Sequence record: NC_027364.1
Direction: 5' to 3' (one strand)
Length of the DNA stretch: 64,000 nucleotides
A program made the position numbers and the translations under genes. Below are positions 44,948 through 56,973 of this stretch, piece after piece; positions within the stretch are counted from its first letter, which is position 1; each line of letters starts with the position of its first letter. The notes beneath the pieces are model-generated. The model saw only the letters and a list, made by a program, of their open reading frames with translations, made no database searches and was not told where the DNA came from.

Positions 44948-46100
44948 ATGCTACCCTTTGGAAGAATTATCACATCATCAAAAAAGAACATACAACCTTC
45001 TGTTACAAAAATAGCTTCATCTGATACGACAGTTTTTGCCCTTATGTCAGATGGTACGTTGTACAGTAGAGGCTCTCAAGAGTTTGGGCAAATGGGTATA
45101 GGTAATATTATAACACAAACGAAATGGGTTTTATGCAATACAAACGTAGAAGATCTATGGGTGCGGGTATGAGTCAACCTTAATAAAAAAGAAAGATAAT
45201 ACGATGTGGTACGCTGGAAATGGTGCATCATTCGGTTTATCAACTGATAAGTCAACAACGTGGTCTTCTGCAAAGATAGTGTTTGATAGAATAACAGCCC
45301 TAGGCAAAACAATAAAACAAATTGTAGTTAGTGCAGGAGCACTGAGCGTATTATGCACAGACAACACTATATGGAATACAGGCTATGGTAGTTATGGTCA
45401 ACTAGGAAATGGTAGAAGTACTGATTCACTTTCATCATTTGTACAAGGAACAGTACCTACTGGAGTTACACCATCCAAAATATTGGCAAATTTTCTTATG
45501 CAAGGTTTTATTGGAACCGATGGAAGATTGTATTATACTGGTGCAATATCAGGCGTAGGTACAACCGACATGACGTTATATTCAAAGTACACGTTATGTT
45601 CTCAAATAACTAATACCTATACAGTAAAAGATTATACAACAAACTCAAGTTACTTTGCTTTTGCTATAGCAAATAATAATAGTACTAATAAATTATTTGC
45701 ATATCATGGTGGTGGTCAATACTTTGGTCAGTTAGCAAATGGTTCTACATCACAAACATATATTTCGTTAAGACAAACAACACAAGCACCTGGCGATATA
45801 ATAAGAAGCAGTGTAGGTTATTCATATTTTTCTAATCATATTATAACTTCATTGGGTGTTTACGCAACTGGTAATAACACAGGCGATAACGCAGGACAAT
45901 TAGGTATAGGTACACAAACCGATGTGTCGGCCTATACCAAATGTGTACTACCAACAGAGATGAATATGAATAACGTATATGTTACAGCAACTTTATACAG
46001 AACTTACTTAACCGATGGTATACAAATTTACAGTACTGGACAAAATATTACAGACGGTGGAGTTGCCAGTACTGTATTTGTCAAAGATTCACCATTTTAG
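44948..46100 (+). pseudogene. Beta-propeller protein 10, split by a +1 frameshift near 45160 (real or sequencing error)
   Basis: Removing one G from CTATGGGTGCGGG restores LWCGYESTLIKKKDNTMWYAG and joins 44948.. to 45204..46100. Confidence 0.7.
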
Positions 46101-46743
46101 GAATATTGTACAAAGTGTATGCAGTTATTTTAGAACTCTTTTTAAATTCATCATAGAGAAAATTCAAAATTCTGGAGCATTCAATATACTTTTCAATATC
46201 TTTATGGATTAATGAGTACTGAAACATTAAATCAGATGATATATTGTAGGTACTACCTTTTAAACTGTTTAAAATATCACAGATTTCAGGGTTTACGGGT
46301 ACTTCGTCAAAATTATCATCTAAAACATTTATTTCAAAATCAAAGCCATCTTTGTTTTTGATTAATTTGATAATAGAATCACCATAAACATTATATTGTT
46401 TTAATGGATTTACTACAATGTTAAAAAGATTGGATGTATTACAATCAATATCCATAAAGTATGTATTATCATTGTACTTAATATTGAAACATCCGTACTC
46501 AATAAAATCACCCGGAGTTATTGATGAGTTTCTTCTCGTTTCAACATAAGAAGCTTTAATGTTGTTTTTATGTAAAAGAGTAATAAATTTCTTAGACTGT
46601 TTAGCACCAGCTAAGTAAGTATTATAACTTGGTCTTTTAAAGATTATAGGACTAGACTTCTCTCCAGAGAAATATTTTTTTATAAATTTACGTTGTTTAA
46701 CAAAATAATTTTTATAAAACAAACCTAATTTTGATTTCATCAT
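46081..46743 (-). CDS. Hypothetical protein, EExFQYSLV-motif family
   Basis: SSDLMFQYSLIH near the C-terminus; convergent with the propeller array. Confidence 0.65.
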   Translation of the reverse strand: MMKSKLGLFYKNYFVKQRKFIKKYFSGEKSSPIIFKRPSYNTYLAGAKQSKKFITLLHKNNIKASYVETRRNSSITPGDFIEYGCFNIKYNDNTYFMDIDCNTSNLFNIVVNPLKQYNVYGDSIIKLIKNKDGFDFEINVLDDNFDEVPVNPEICDILNSLKGSTYNISSDLMFQYSLIHKDIEKYIECSRILNFLYDEFKKSSKITAYTLYNIPKMVNL

Positions 46744-46785
46744 AACTCCTTATACATCCAGTACTTAATAGTACTGGATTTTTTA

Positions 46786-49225
46786 TTATGACATACGCTT
46801 ATTATGAATGGAATTATGAATGGATTTTAAATAATTATATAATTTTATCAATCCACTACCAGTAGCTACAAACAGTAGTGCTGTTGGTATCATACATCCA
46901 AACATGGTTATTAATTCATGTATTTCCATACCATCACTATTTGGTCCCACATCAAATATAACAACCAAAACAACACCTAAAATGCTTAGACAATAATATC
47001 CCATAAAGACCATAAAAGTGATATATCCGGCACTTGATTTAATATTACATAACATATTATACACTGGATTAATACAGAAGAAGTATAATAACCATACCAG
47101 TGTTCCAGTACTGAACATAATAATTGAAATAATGGAAAATATCTCACGGTAACTCATATTATTTCCTCATACCCAAACGTTGGTGGATTTCAGAGATCTT
47201 TATATACAATAGTACCACAAGGTGCAGTACTAAACAACATATAATTACGGCTAATACCAATGAACATATCATAAGACCAAAGGTTATTGTATTCAAAGAG
47301 GATGTGAACAGTCCAATTATTAATACAATAAAACCAAAATTGAATACTGTACCCAACACAGTATATGCTGGACTATATCTCTTTTGGATTACATCATATA
47401 TATTTGATAATGGTCGCTTATGGAAGTACTTCCCAATGCACACGAATGCATTCAGTGAGAAGATAAATGTATACGCCATTACTAGTAATTGACCAACGAA
47501 AGATAATTCTATCCCGTTCATACTAACCTCGTTTACGTTTTTTAATTGTACTGTGCATCTTTTCGAAATAGGGAACCAAAACATATTGAACAGTTTGCCA
47601 GATAACCATTAGATTATGCACTGCACCACCAAGGATACCAAACACTAGAACAATAATTGCCATAATAGGATCACCGTCTACCATACCCCATTTAAAGATA
47701 TGTAAAATCCAAGCAATGACTAGACAAAATAAACTAAGCCAATACGTAATGAAAAATCCGGCTTGTAATTCATAATCATCAGCAATTTCATCGTATACCG
47801 TTTCTAAAAATGATACACAAAAGAATTTACCAATTATAACCACAGTACTAATAAACAGCATAGCAGTTAAGATAATAAGAGCAATTTCCATTACATCCCT
47901 CGTTTACGCTTTTGATTGCGTCTAAATTCTGTTAGTCTACGGCTAATCGGCGGCATCAGACTACATAAAAAAGTAACAGTTGTTGGTAGTAACATCAAGT
48001 CAATCATTGCAGTGTTATTTGGTGGATCAAACACCAAAAAATACACACAAGAAACACTAATAATGGTTGAACCGATAAAAGGAATACAAAATTCTTTTAT
48101 CTGTTTTTCAACATAATCAAACATCTTGAGTACAAATAAAAATCCAACCCAACACATAATGAAATAGAATGAATACAACGTGTAAATCAATGTTACTATA
48201 TCCATTAGTACCTCGCATCAGGAACTTTAGCACGTAACTTATGAACGACTGGGAACAACAACAAACTTACATATGCAATAGTTGAACCCCAATAGAATAC
48301 TAATACAATTGGTTCACCATTAGAACGGAAACCTCTACTAATCATTGAGTAGTGAATAATAGGCATAATCATCGCCATACCAAACCATGCGTGTAATTTT
48401 AATTGCAGCATGTTATCAGCGATGAATACTGAAATTGGTCGTTTAAAGAACCACATCAGAAAGTAGAATCCAGCACTAATAATATAGTACATGGTACTAA
48501 CTTTCATATACCACGGCAGTAAATCAATAAAGTACTCCATCATTCCTCCGGTATCTTGTTTCGAAGTTCAATCATAACACAACATAGTTTAATGAACAAG
48601 TAAAAAACTACACATATCATACCCAATGTACCGTAAACTGCGGAAAATGCGGGTAGTACCTTTCCTGTGAGTGTTGCCACAATACATGCCATCAATGTTG
48701 ATGCAAACATCGATTGATTAATGACAGAATTCATAAAATCTTCACCTTTACGTTTATAGAATTGTCTTTTAAAATACCATCCTAGAAACATAACTACCCA
48801 AAATGTTACATAAGTTGTTAAAATAATCCCTGCAAGTGAATGTGCAACTGGACTACTCCTTAAAAACTCAAGATAAGCTTCAAACATTAGAAGTCTCCGC
48901 GAATTTTATCTCTACCATGAATAATGAGATGGATTAAGTATACACCTAACCAAATGAACAACCCCAAGAATACAATATATTGTGAGATTGAGTTCAAGTG
49001 AGGATTAGCACAATAAATTAAGTGTGCCATAAGACCAACAATTGCAAACAAACCTTGAACAAGTGTGTAAAGAATTAGTGATGAATTCCTTACTGGATAC
49101 AGTTTAAAAACAATTTTCTTTTTAAAATACCATAGTACTACAACTAGTGCATGATAAAAGAAAAAACCAAAAAGATAAATCAAAGTAATACTAATCATTG
49201 TATCTGATTTAAAAAATTCTAACAT
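46786..49225 (-). CDS. Array of seven ~105-125 aa multi-pass (about 3 TM) membrane proteins
   Basis: 46786..47157, 47159..47521, 47523..47891, 47891..48205, 48205..48543, 48540..48887, 48887..49225; three hydrophobic stretches and basic C-tails; coupled stops/starts. Confidence 0.8.
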
Positions 49226-49254
49226 TGGAAATCCTCTGATATTAAACTTCTGTT

Positions 49255-49283
49255 ATAGTACTACACGTTGTTAGTACTGTCAA
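49255..49283 (-). promoter_or_regulatory. sigma70-type promoter TTGACA-17-TACTAT with AGTACT overlapping both hexamers
   Basis: Minus strand TTGACAGTACTAACAACGTGTAGTACTAT. Confidence 0.8.
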
Positions 49284-49290
49284 TATTGAA

Positions 49291-50061
49291 TTAAATTTTT
49301 TCAAGGAACAAGTTTTCGCACTGTTCTTCCCAATCGTATGGGTTGTTGTTATATACTGCCGAAATCAACAGTGGCATACGCAGTGAAGGTGAACGAAGAG
49401 AATCTTCGTGCTTCAACATCCAGTTCAGAATTGCTTTACTACCATTACGGTTAATACCCTTAGATTCTAAAATGTTAGTCTTATTCATCACGTTCTCAAT
49501 GTGAATCATGATATCGCTTTTGGTCTGAATCTGTAAGTCAACGTATACAGAACGAGACATAAGAGCAGCATAGTGAGCAGACATTTTCGTTTTAGCTTTA
49601 GAATCTAATGCTAAATCTTTGTTAGTAATGAATACAATACGACCGTTGAAATCAAAGCTGTTAGGGATACCGTTGGTGCTCAGGTACTTAGAGCTAGTCA
49701 TATAAGACACGGTACGCTTACCACTATCTAGTACTGCTTTGAGCAGGTTCATACCGTCTTCTGAATCAAAGATGCTGTCCATATCATCCAGTACTAATAC
49801 GTTGGTGCTATGACGATTCTTGTACAGAACTTCGTACAGAGCCAGAGTAGTCATTTTACCACTGATGGTAGCTACGTTCCATTCTGCTGCGTCATGAGCT
49901 TTCTGGAGGCGTTTAGACAGGGTGTAAGTCTTACCAACACCAGGAGCACCACTGACAACCATACTTTTTACAGTACTGCTATCGTCGAGCAAACACTCAA
50001 GAGCAACCATCATGGAGTTGAAGTTTTTCTGAATTTGAATGCTACGTGCTTCTCTGGTCAT
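49291..50061 (-). CDS. AAA+/P-loop ATPase
   Basis: Walker A VSGAPGVGKT, Walker B VLVLDDMD, sensor-like VFITN, ALMSRS. Confidence 0.85.
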   Translation of the reverse strand: MTREARSIQIQKNFNSMMVALECLLDDSSTVKSMVVSGAPGVGKTYTLSKRLQKAHDAAEWNVATISGKMTTLALYEVLYKNRHSTNVLVLDDMDSIFDSEDGMNLLKAVLDSGKRTVSYMTSSKYLSTNGIPNSFDFNGRIVFITNKDLALDSKAKTKMSAHYAALMSRSVYVDLQIQTKSDIMIHIENVMNKTNILESKGINRNGSKAILNWMLKHEDSLRSPSLRMPLLISAVYNNNPYDWEEQCENLFLEKI

Positions 50062-50137
50062 TTCGTTATCCTCATCAGTTGATGAAATAATTATAGCAAA
50101 AAGGGCTGACCGAAGTCAACCCTTTTTATAAACATAT

Positions 50138-50464
50138 TTAATACACACAATTACCCATATCAATATTTTTACCATTATAGGTAATAATATATTTTATCTT
50201 ATTAGGTTTAATAACAAAAACTTTTAATTTTTGTATTCAATTTATCATTTGAAAAATAGTATACGAACCACTTCCATCTTTAAATACTTCTTGACTTTCA
50301 AACATAAACTTCTTTCCATCTATTTTTGCTGTTTGTGTTGTTACATCCAAATACAAATTGTAGATAGTGTCAGTTTTTGTGGATTTACATGTTGTTGATG
50401 CTTCAGTTTTTGCATTCACTGTTGTTGATAAACACATTAACAAAACTAACATTAACTTTTTCAT
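50138..50464 (-). CDS. Small exported protein, probably truncated in the track by homopolymer frameshifts
   Basis: Signal MKKLMLVLLMCLSTTVNA; a downstream frame continues ..KVFVIKPNKIKYIITYNGKNIDMGNCVY to a stop at 50138. Confidence 0.5.
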
Positions 50465-50484
50465 TTTAATTAACCTCTTTTGTT

Positions 50485-51624
50485 TTACAAAATTACTTCA
50501 CCAAAAATACCATTGATATCACGTTCAATGATGTATTCACCTTCATGTTCAGCTAAGAACTTTTTAATGGCTTCGTTAACTTTAGGACGATGAATGTTGT
50601 TGAATGTTTCAGTGCAACCATCTCCCTTTTCATAATAACCTTTATTATATAGTTTACCACATAACGCAATTGTATGTATTATTATTTCCAATTCTCTAGC
50701 AAGTTTCCCACCCACATTCTTATGAAATAAAATGGAAATTTCATTACTCCAAAAATTATCTACTTTATATATTTTTTTATAAGATAAGTTTTGTGGACTT
50801 AATCTTGCTTTAATAGTTTTGTTTGTAATACCAGCTTTATCCGAATTTTTTGCATAATCATTGTGAATATAAAATCTTCCAGGCTTGGAAGTTTTAAATC
50901 CTTTTACTGCACACGTGGGACAACCAGAACCAGACAGATGTGAATTTGGTGTTTGTTGAAATTCACCATGTTCTTTGCATATTATAATAGAGGTTACTTG
51001 GTTGTTAATGTAGTCATATAAAGAATAATCATACTTATTTCCGTGTATAAGATGTGATTTTTTTATAAATTCACCTAAAGTTTGTTTTAAAGTTTGTTTC
51101 GTGCATTCTTGACAACCAATTTTACCAGTAGCTAAGTCAGTAATTGTGGGTTTTTTTATATCACCACAATCATTACATACTACTTCAATTTTAGTTCTAC
51201 TAGGAAGTGTAGAGTTAAACGAAGTTATTCCACTATAAGTAAATTTATCATAACCATATTTTTTGTTGATGACACTAATATGATTAATGGTGTAATATGG
51301 AATATTAATAATATTGTAAAAAATCTTCCCATTAAATCCCTGCCTAATAAAATTCGTGCAGGTGGCTCCAATAACTAACATACCATCGTTATTCACTACA
51401 AGTTTGGTTTTTGATTTAGATATATAATCTTGTGATCTATTGATATAGAATCCAAGAACTCTTGGATCATTTATTTCACCCATAATACTAATAGGATCTT
51501 GAGCAATGTTGGATTTTTTTACAAAATTTATATCTTCGGCTTTCATCCACTCAAAAAGCATTCCATGCTCTTCATAAAAATAAACTTTTTCACCATCTTC
51601 ATTAAAATAGTACTGTTCAAACAT
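50485..51624 (-). CDS. Putative homing endonuclease (Zn-ribbon/DUF723-like repeats plus a GIY-YIG-like C-terminal segment)
   Basis: YGYDKFTY..VVCNDCG..GCQEC; KYDYS..IICKEHGEF..HLSGSGCPTC; then FYI..KAGITN..KARL. Confidence 0.55.
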   Translation of the reverse strand: MFEQYYFNEDGEKVYFYEEHGMLFEWMKAEDINFVKKSNIAQDPISIMGEINDPRVLGFYINRSQDYISKSKTKLVVNNDGMLVIGATCTNFIRQGFNGKIFYNIINIPYYTINHISVINKKYGYDKFTYSGITSFNSTLPSRTKIEVVCNDCGDIKKPTITDLATGKIGCQECTKQTLKQTLGEFIKKSHLIHGNKYDYSLYDYINNQVTSIIICKEHGEFQQTPNSHLSGSGCPTCAVKGFKTSKPGRFYIHNDYAKNSDKAGITNKTIKARLSPQNLSYKKIYKVDNFWSNEISILFHKNVGGKLARELEIIIHTIALCGKLYNKGYYEKGDGCTETFNNIHRPKVNEAIKKFLAEHEGEYIIERDINGIFGEVIL

Positions 51625-52278
51625 TACTTAAAACTCCTTTCCAGTACTGAACCCGTCCAGCACCATTAATCTTAGCTTGAATCTTATCTTTTTCGACAAG
51701 ACCTTCTTTGAAATCTATGGACGTATTATCGCACTTAATTACATCTAAGTCAAGTACTTCTTGTGTACTTAATGAAGTATTATCTGCAATTTGTTGTAAA
51801 GTAATTACATCAGTACCGAAGAATTCAGCTAATCGTATAAAAGATAGTTTCATTTGTTACCTCTTGTGTTGATGAAATAATTATAGCAAAAAGGGCTGAC
51901 CGAAGTCAACCCTTTATGTTATTCTAATTCACTCATAGTACTAATAGTTAATCCCATTTCTTCTGCAATGTTGCATAACAGACCAACTGCATTGCGAAGA
52001 ATATCAGTGTTATCCACCGAGAATGATGAGTTTTCATTTACCGTTGAAGACTCAATGTAGTACTCAAAATAACGAGAAGTTGAACGCACAACTTTAACAC
52101 CTTCATACTTCTGTAGTTCAGAGTTGATACGCTCGATGAGCGAATCTTCCAGTACTCGATAGTCACCATTCATTCCACGTTTCCATCCATCAGCAGGACG
52201 GAAATAAAAAGTTTTTGTACGTTGAATTGTTGAGATTGTTAGTGGGTTGTATTCCGCGATTTCACTTAAAGATGCCAT
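51617..52278 (-). CDS. Two hypothetical proteins (51617..51853, 51919..52278)
   Basis: ORFs with GAGG RBS, each behind its own promoter. Confidence 0.65.
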
Positions 52279-52340
52279 ATTGTATTCCTCATTTTCTTTG
52301 TTACATGATACTGAAAGATAAAACTGGTGTCAATGTTTTT

Positions 52341-52775
52341 TTAGATCATAGAACGATAATACTCAGGTAACTCAACATCAGTAAATTTATACCACTTAGG
52401 CTTCATCTGGAGCTTCTCAATCAAACGCTCACGAGAGGTTTTAATTTCTGATTCAGATGGTACGTAATCATTACAAAACTCAGCAGGGAAGCTGCTAATG
52501 TCGTTTACTTCAGTGTTTTGAATCTTCATACCACGACGCAAACATTCGTTGACAATATCGATATGACGCTTCTGTAAGTACAGCAACTTGTCGTAAAAGA
52601 ATGTCACATGACCTGAACCCAACAGATAAGTACTGTTAATTTTGAAATCACGTACACGCTTACGTGCTTGAACGTGTTTTTGTACAGCACCAAATACACG
52701 TGGGAGTTCACGATATTCAGCCATCAGGTGTTGGTCAGCAAGTTCTTTAACGTGTACTAAGTTAATGCGTGTCAT
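52341..52775 (-). CDS. denV: Pyrimidine dimer DNA glycosylase / endonuclease V
   Basis: [55 protein letters not shown] match T4 DenV. Confidence 0.95.
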   Translation of the reverse strand: MTRINLVHVKELADQHLMAEYRELPRVFGAVQKHVQARKRVRDFKINSTYLLGSGHVTFFYDKLLYLQKRHIDIVNECLRRGMKIQNTEVNDISSFPAEFCNDYVPSESEIKTSRERLIEKLQMKPKWYKFTDVELPEYYRSMI

Positions 52776-52842
52776 GTATTCATCCTCTCGTTTCGATGAA
52801 ATGATTATAGCAAAAAGGGCTGACCGAAGTCAACCCTTTTCT

Positions 52843-53130
52843 TTATTCAATGATCCCCAACTTCACAATCTCATACCCGTCCAGATAGCCATATGAACAC
52901 TCAGGAGTTTCATAGGATGAACCATCATGGATACCCTGGCATTGACTTTTAGAATTCTCAAGAAGTCGTTGCAGTACTGATACGTCCTCAAGAACGTAAC
53001 ACAAGGATACATCTGGGTCTTCCACGATACAGTACTCCAACATATCAAACGTATCAATCGAAATTTCAACCTTGGCAAATCGTTTCTTTTCTTTATTATA
53101 CAGTGCGTACATATTAATCTCCATAATCAA
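52843..53130 (-). CDS. Hypothetical protein, probable paralogue of 54686..54940
   Basis: Both begin M(Y/F)ALxNKxxK and end with YEIxxL. Confidence 0.55.
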   Translation of the reverse strand: MIMEINMYALYNKEKKRFAKVEISIDTFDMLEYCIVEDPDVSLCYVLEDVSVLQRLLENSKSQCQGIHDGSSYETPECSYGYLDGYEIVKLGIIE

Positions 53131-53485
53131 GTTTAACTAACTTACCACCCAGATACCCAAAGTTTTCTGGCTTCACATCTGAATAGAAGAAGTCAGTACT
53201 TAACTCTGAATTTAATGCTAAAGCACACAACTCCACCCAAAATAAACCCCTATGTTGCACTGGCTTACAACGTTTCTGTACTGTTATTAAACCAGTGCAT
53301 GATGACCACAAAGTAGGGCAGATACCACTATCACTACGATTGGAGTACTGCATCCATGAACGTTCATTGAGGTTAGCTATCATTCCAGTTAGGAATAACT
53401 TCCAGCTTTTGAAGGTTGGAATCTTAATAGCGTATTCCCCAATGAGGATAACAGTTCGGGTTGCACCTTTCAAGTCTATGTTCAT
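53114..53485 (-). CDS. Minimal kinase-like protein (123 aa)
   Basis: KGATRTV, YAIKIP, ANLNE, DVKPENFG, KLDYG. Confidence 0.65.
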   Translation of the reverse strand: MNIDLKGATRTVILIGEYAIKIPTFKSWKLFLTGMIANLNERSWMQYSNRSDSGICPTLWSSCTGLITVQKRCKPVQHRGLFWVELCALALNSELSTDFFYSDVKPENFGYLGGKLVKLDYGD

Positions 53486-53674
53486 ATTAATAAGAATCAG
53501 ATTCCCAGTACTCGATTGCTTCTTTCAGCAATTCTTTAGCACGTTGTTTTGCAATGCGAGCGGGAAACTGATATGTGTACATTAACTGACGCTTCACTTC
53601 ATTCAGTGAAAGCTGTTCATGGTACAGTGCATCCATCAGTCGATTACGAGTACGTAGTTTCATATAAGTTATCC

Positions 53675-54940
53675 TTATTTCAAAGAATCATAGTAAGCAG
53701 TGTCAAAGATTGGAGTCATAATAACATAGTCAATACGGTCAATGTAAGTTGAACTCCACATTTCTGGTTTGTCATATAACTGACGCTCGCGTTCATTCAT
53801 ACGAGTCAGTACTTCTTCCAATTTACTACGTGAATCCATCAATGTATTACTCGAACCATAAGTGAAGTACTCAGTCCAATGATATTCATATTCAGTACTG
53901 ATAGATTGAATAGTACCATCTTTGAAATGAGCTAAGGCATAACCTTTCTCTACAAAGTTATCAGGTGGAAGAACACCATCTGGATTAGTTTTCAATGCTT
54001 GTGCTAACTTTTCTTTAATTTCAGTTAACGTGCATACTGAACGAATGTTCTTCAGGTTTGATACTTGAAAATCACTGTACTTTCCAAAGAAAAATACACG
54101 CCAATCTTTAGGTTCATTATCAGATACGGTAGCATCAGGGTGATGGGCGAGTAAACGAAGAAGGCCAGCTTTGTGACCGTTAATGTAGATTTCATGGATG
54201 TGGTTAGCAGTTTTCTTAAAAGTAATCATGGTAGTTCCTCGATTGTAGGGATGAGAAGTTCATCCCCTTGATAAGCATTATACAGTACTGAATGTGTTTG
54301 TCAACTCAAAATAAATTCATTTCATGTGCGTATTGTGGTTCAAGATAAGATAAGTTTTTGAAACTGTCTTTCAATTCTGCATCATCTACGTACACAGTAC
54401 CAGGTACATTCCCCATAGTGAAGCCAACCCAAACAGTCATGTTTCCAGTTCCTAAGCGGGGCATTGATAGCGTCCCGTCAGGTGAAACATCAAACGCTAC
54501 ACTAAAGTCATCCGTTACAACTTCCGAACCATTTTCCAGAATAATACAACCACGTTCTTTAAGCTTCTGAATGTGGATAGCAGCCTCTACAGCACGTTTA
54601 AAGTTATAATAAGACTCTTTATCCTCGAACATTGATTGTTTAACCAGACGCTTGTTTAGCTCGGTTACTTTGTGCATTTGACGCATTACTTCAACTCCCA
54701 CAGTTGTAGAATTTCATAAGAGCCTGGTGGTGCTGGATTGATAATCTCAGGGTATTCAGTACTGTTAGGATTACCACCAGCATTGAACTCAGCAAGTAAT
54801 AATTCGAGTTCATTCCTATCATGTACAACAAACACGCAATATCCAGTTCCTTCTTCAAGAACTGTAGTTGACCCCGCACAATCCCATACGGTATCAATAC
54901 ATAATAATTCTTTAGTGTTTTTATTACGCAACGCAAACAT
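53675..54940 (-). CDS. Three hypothetical proteins (53675..54229, 54306..54701, 54686..54940)
   Basis: Consecutive ORFs on the coding strand; no motif recognised. Confidence 0.6.
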
Positions 54941-54949
54941 ATATGTCTC

Positions 54950-55985
54950 CTATCGATTCGGCATATTCTTTCGTAGTCGCAAGAGAAATTCAACCACTGA
55001 CCATGTTGTAATGAAGGCTATATAAGTTGCAAGGAATCCAGTAAGAATAAATGCAACCAGCGTACTACCATTTGGGGAATCAGTTTTAATGCCGATGACA
55101 CCATCGGCTACAGTGAAACATGTAGCCATTAATGTGTAACCTACGTACAACACAAAGAAAAACTCATTCTCCATTGAAGGATAGAAACGGTTAAACACTT
55201 TATAAAATTTAAAGTACAGTAGGATTATACCAACAAAGGCATAGAATGTAAACAGTGTTGTTATAATATATGAGATTAGGTTCAAATTATACATATCAAC
55301 GCTCCGGTAGATTATCACGTAATGTTTTAATTCGATGATACATTTTCATACCAATATTACCAAAGATACCATATCCAAGTACTAAAATGTATGCAATAAG
55401 CATAGTAATAATTACTATAGTGCCAAAACTATAATGTACACTACTGATACCCATTGTAGTTTCAACGATTATTTGAGAAACTGAAAGAATCAAAAGTACA
55501 ACTACAATTGGATGATTTGGGTACATTCGGTTGAACAACGTTTTGTACTTAAAGAAGCACAGTACTCCACCGAATAAGAAGTAAACAATGTAAATGCAAG
55601 CAACAGCATAGGCAAACATGTTAGTGTAATAAATCATTACCAATCCTTACTTTTCAGGGATATTAGAACGCCATATATCAATGCGATGAACTAGTCCAAA
55701 GAACAACCATACTGGAACGGCAGCTATCATAACAACAAATGAAAACCCAGTCAAGACCGATACCAGATTTAATTCATCAGTACTATACCCACATATCAGT
55801 ACTTCTAATATTCCCCACGTACATGCACAAAACATCAAGAATGAAATTGGGGCATCATAGTAGATACGTTCATATAAAGTAGTGTATCGGAAGAATGCAA
55901 TAATGTAGCAAAACATATAATACACCCAAACCAAAGATACTACATAAAATGATACTTTGTTTATTAATTCAAAATATTGTTCCAT
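54950..55985 (-). CDS. Three more ~3-TM membrane paralogues (54950..55294, 55296..55643, 55647..55985)
   Basis: Shared YxxxxxRxYP/Y after TM1 and C-terminal RxN(M/L/I)P(N/E)(R/K), similar to 48540..48887 (LRNKIPEE). Confidence 0.75.
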
Positions 55986-56331
55986 TTTTACCCCAATATA
56001 TATTCAGAGAGTAATGTATTAGCTTCATCTTTGTTCTTAAGGTAATACATGTAATATAGATTCGGTTCACCATCTTTAGCACTCAAATCGAAGTACTTTA
56101 AACTATGTACTTTCATAGTAAAAACAAATAATGACTTAAAACCAATCTCACCGTACTTAATAAACAGTTCATCCAAATGAATGTAACTTTTTGATTTGGA
56201 TAATTCTTTAACGTCTGCATCAATTTCAGATAAAAGATGCTTACCTATTAAGTTTTCAAATGAACGCATGATTTTTATCCTTTACCGCAATTTTTATGGT
56301 TTATTAAGAATACACCAGAATATCAGTTCTG

Positions 56332-56973
56332 TCAATAAAAAACTGGATCTTCTTCAGTAATTGGTATTTCTCTACGTACATCACACGAAAGAGGATCAGT
56401 AATGAATACATTCCCATCTTTATCCATCATCACATTACTTGAATGAATGTCTGGTACAAAACGCCCGTGAAACTCTTTCATGATGTTAGCAGCGACCGTC
56501 GCAATAGCAATCTCTTCAGAATTTCCACGCATATCATTCACTGAAGTAGCGTACTGACCAGCATGTGCATAAGAATATAAATCTCCAATTTTAGTACTAA
56601 CAAAGTCATCATAATTATTTTTTTGTTTAATTATAGGATAGTACTTGTCCATCTCATACCATCCAAAGTTTCCTTGTTCGTTTGCACTGTAGATCACTGG
56701 AAGAAACTTGGTTCCTGCGTTTTCAATGCAGTACTTTGCATAAGCACGAAAACCATCCCAGCGTGAAGTGGTTACTTTAAATGCACGCCCAGGATAGTTT
56801 TTATGTTCAACTACTACAGAGTACATCCCCATTCCAAGCAAAGTAAGTCCAGCAGCTTTAACTTGTGGAAAGATTACGCGTTCAGCATAAGGAATATCAA
56901 ACTCCATCGCACAACGAGTTTTTGATGGACGCAAAATGTCAATTAAAGTTTTGAATATTTCTTGCTTAGTCAT
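56332..56973 (-). CDS. T7 gp0.7-like Ser/Thr protein kinase
   Basis: GLTLLGMGMYSVVVEHKNYPGRAFKV, AYAKYC, DIHSSNVMM, FITDPLS parallel T7 0.7 ([42 protein letters not shown]). Confidence 0.8.
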   Translation of the reverse strand: MTKQEIFKTLIDILRPSKTRCAMEFDIPYAERVIFPQVKAAGLTLLGMGMYSVVVEHKNYPGRAFKVTTSRWDGFRAYAKYCIENAGTKFLPVIYSANEQGNFGWYEMDKYYPIIKQKNNYDDFVSTKIGDLYSYAHAGQYATSVNDMRGNSEEIAIATVAANIMKEFHGRFVPDIHSSNVMMDKDGNVFITDPLSCDVRREIPITEEDPVFY

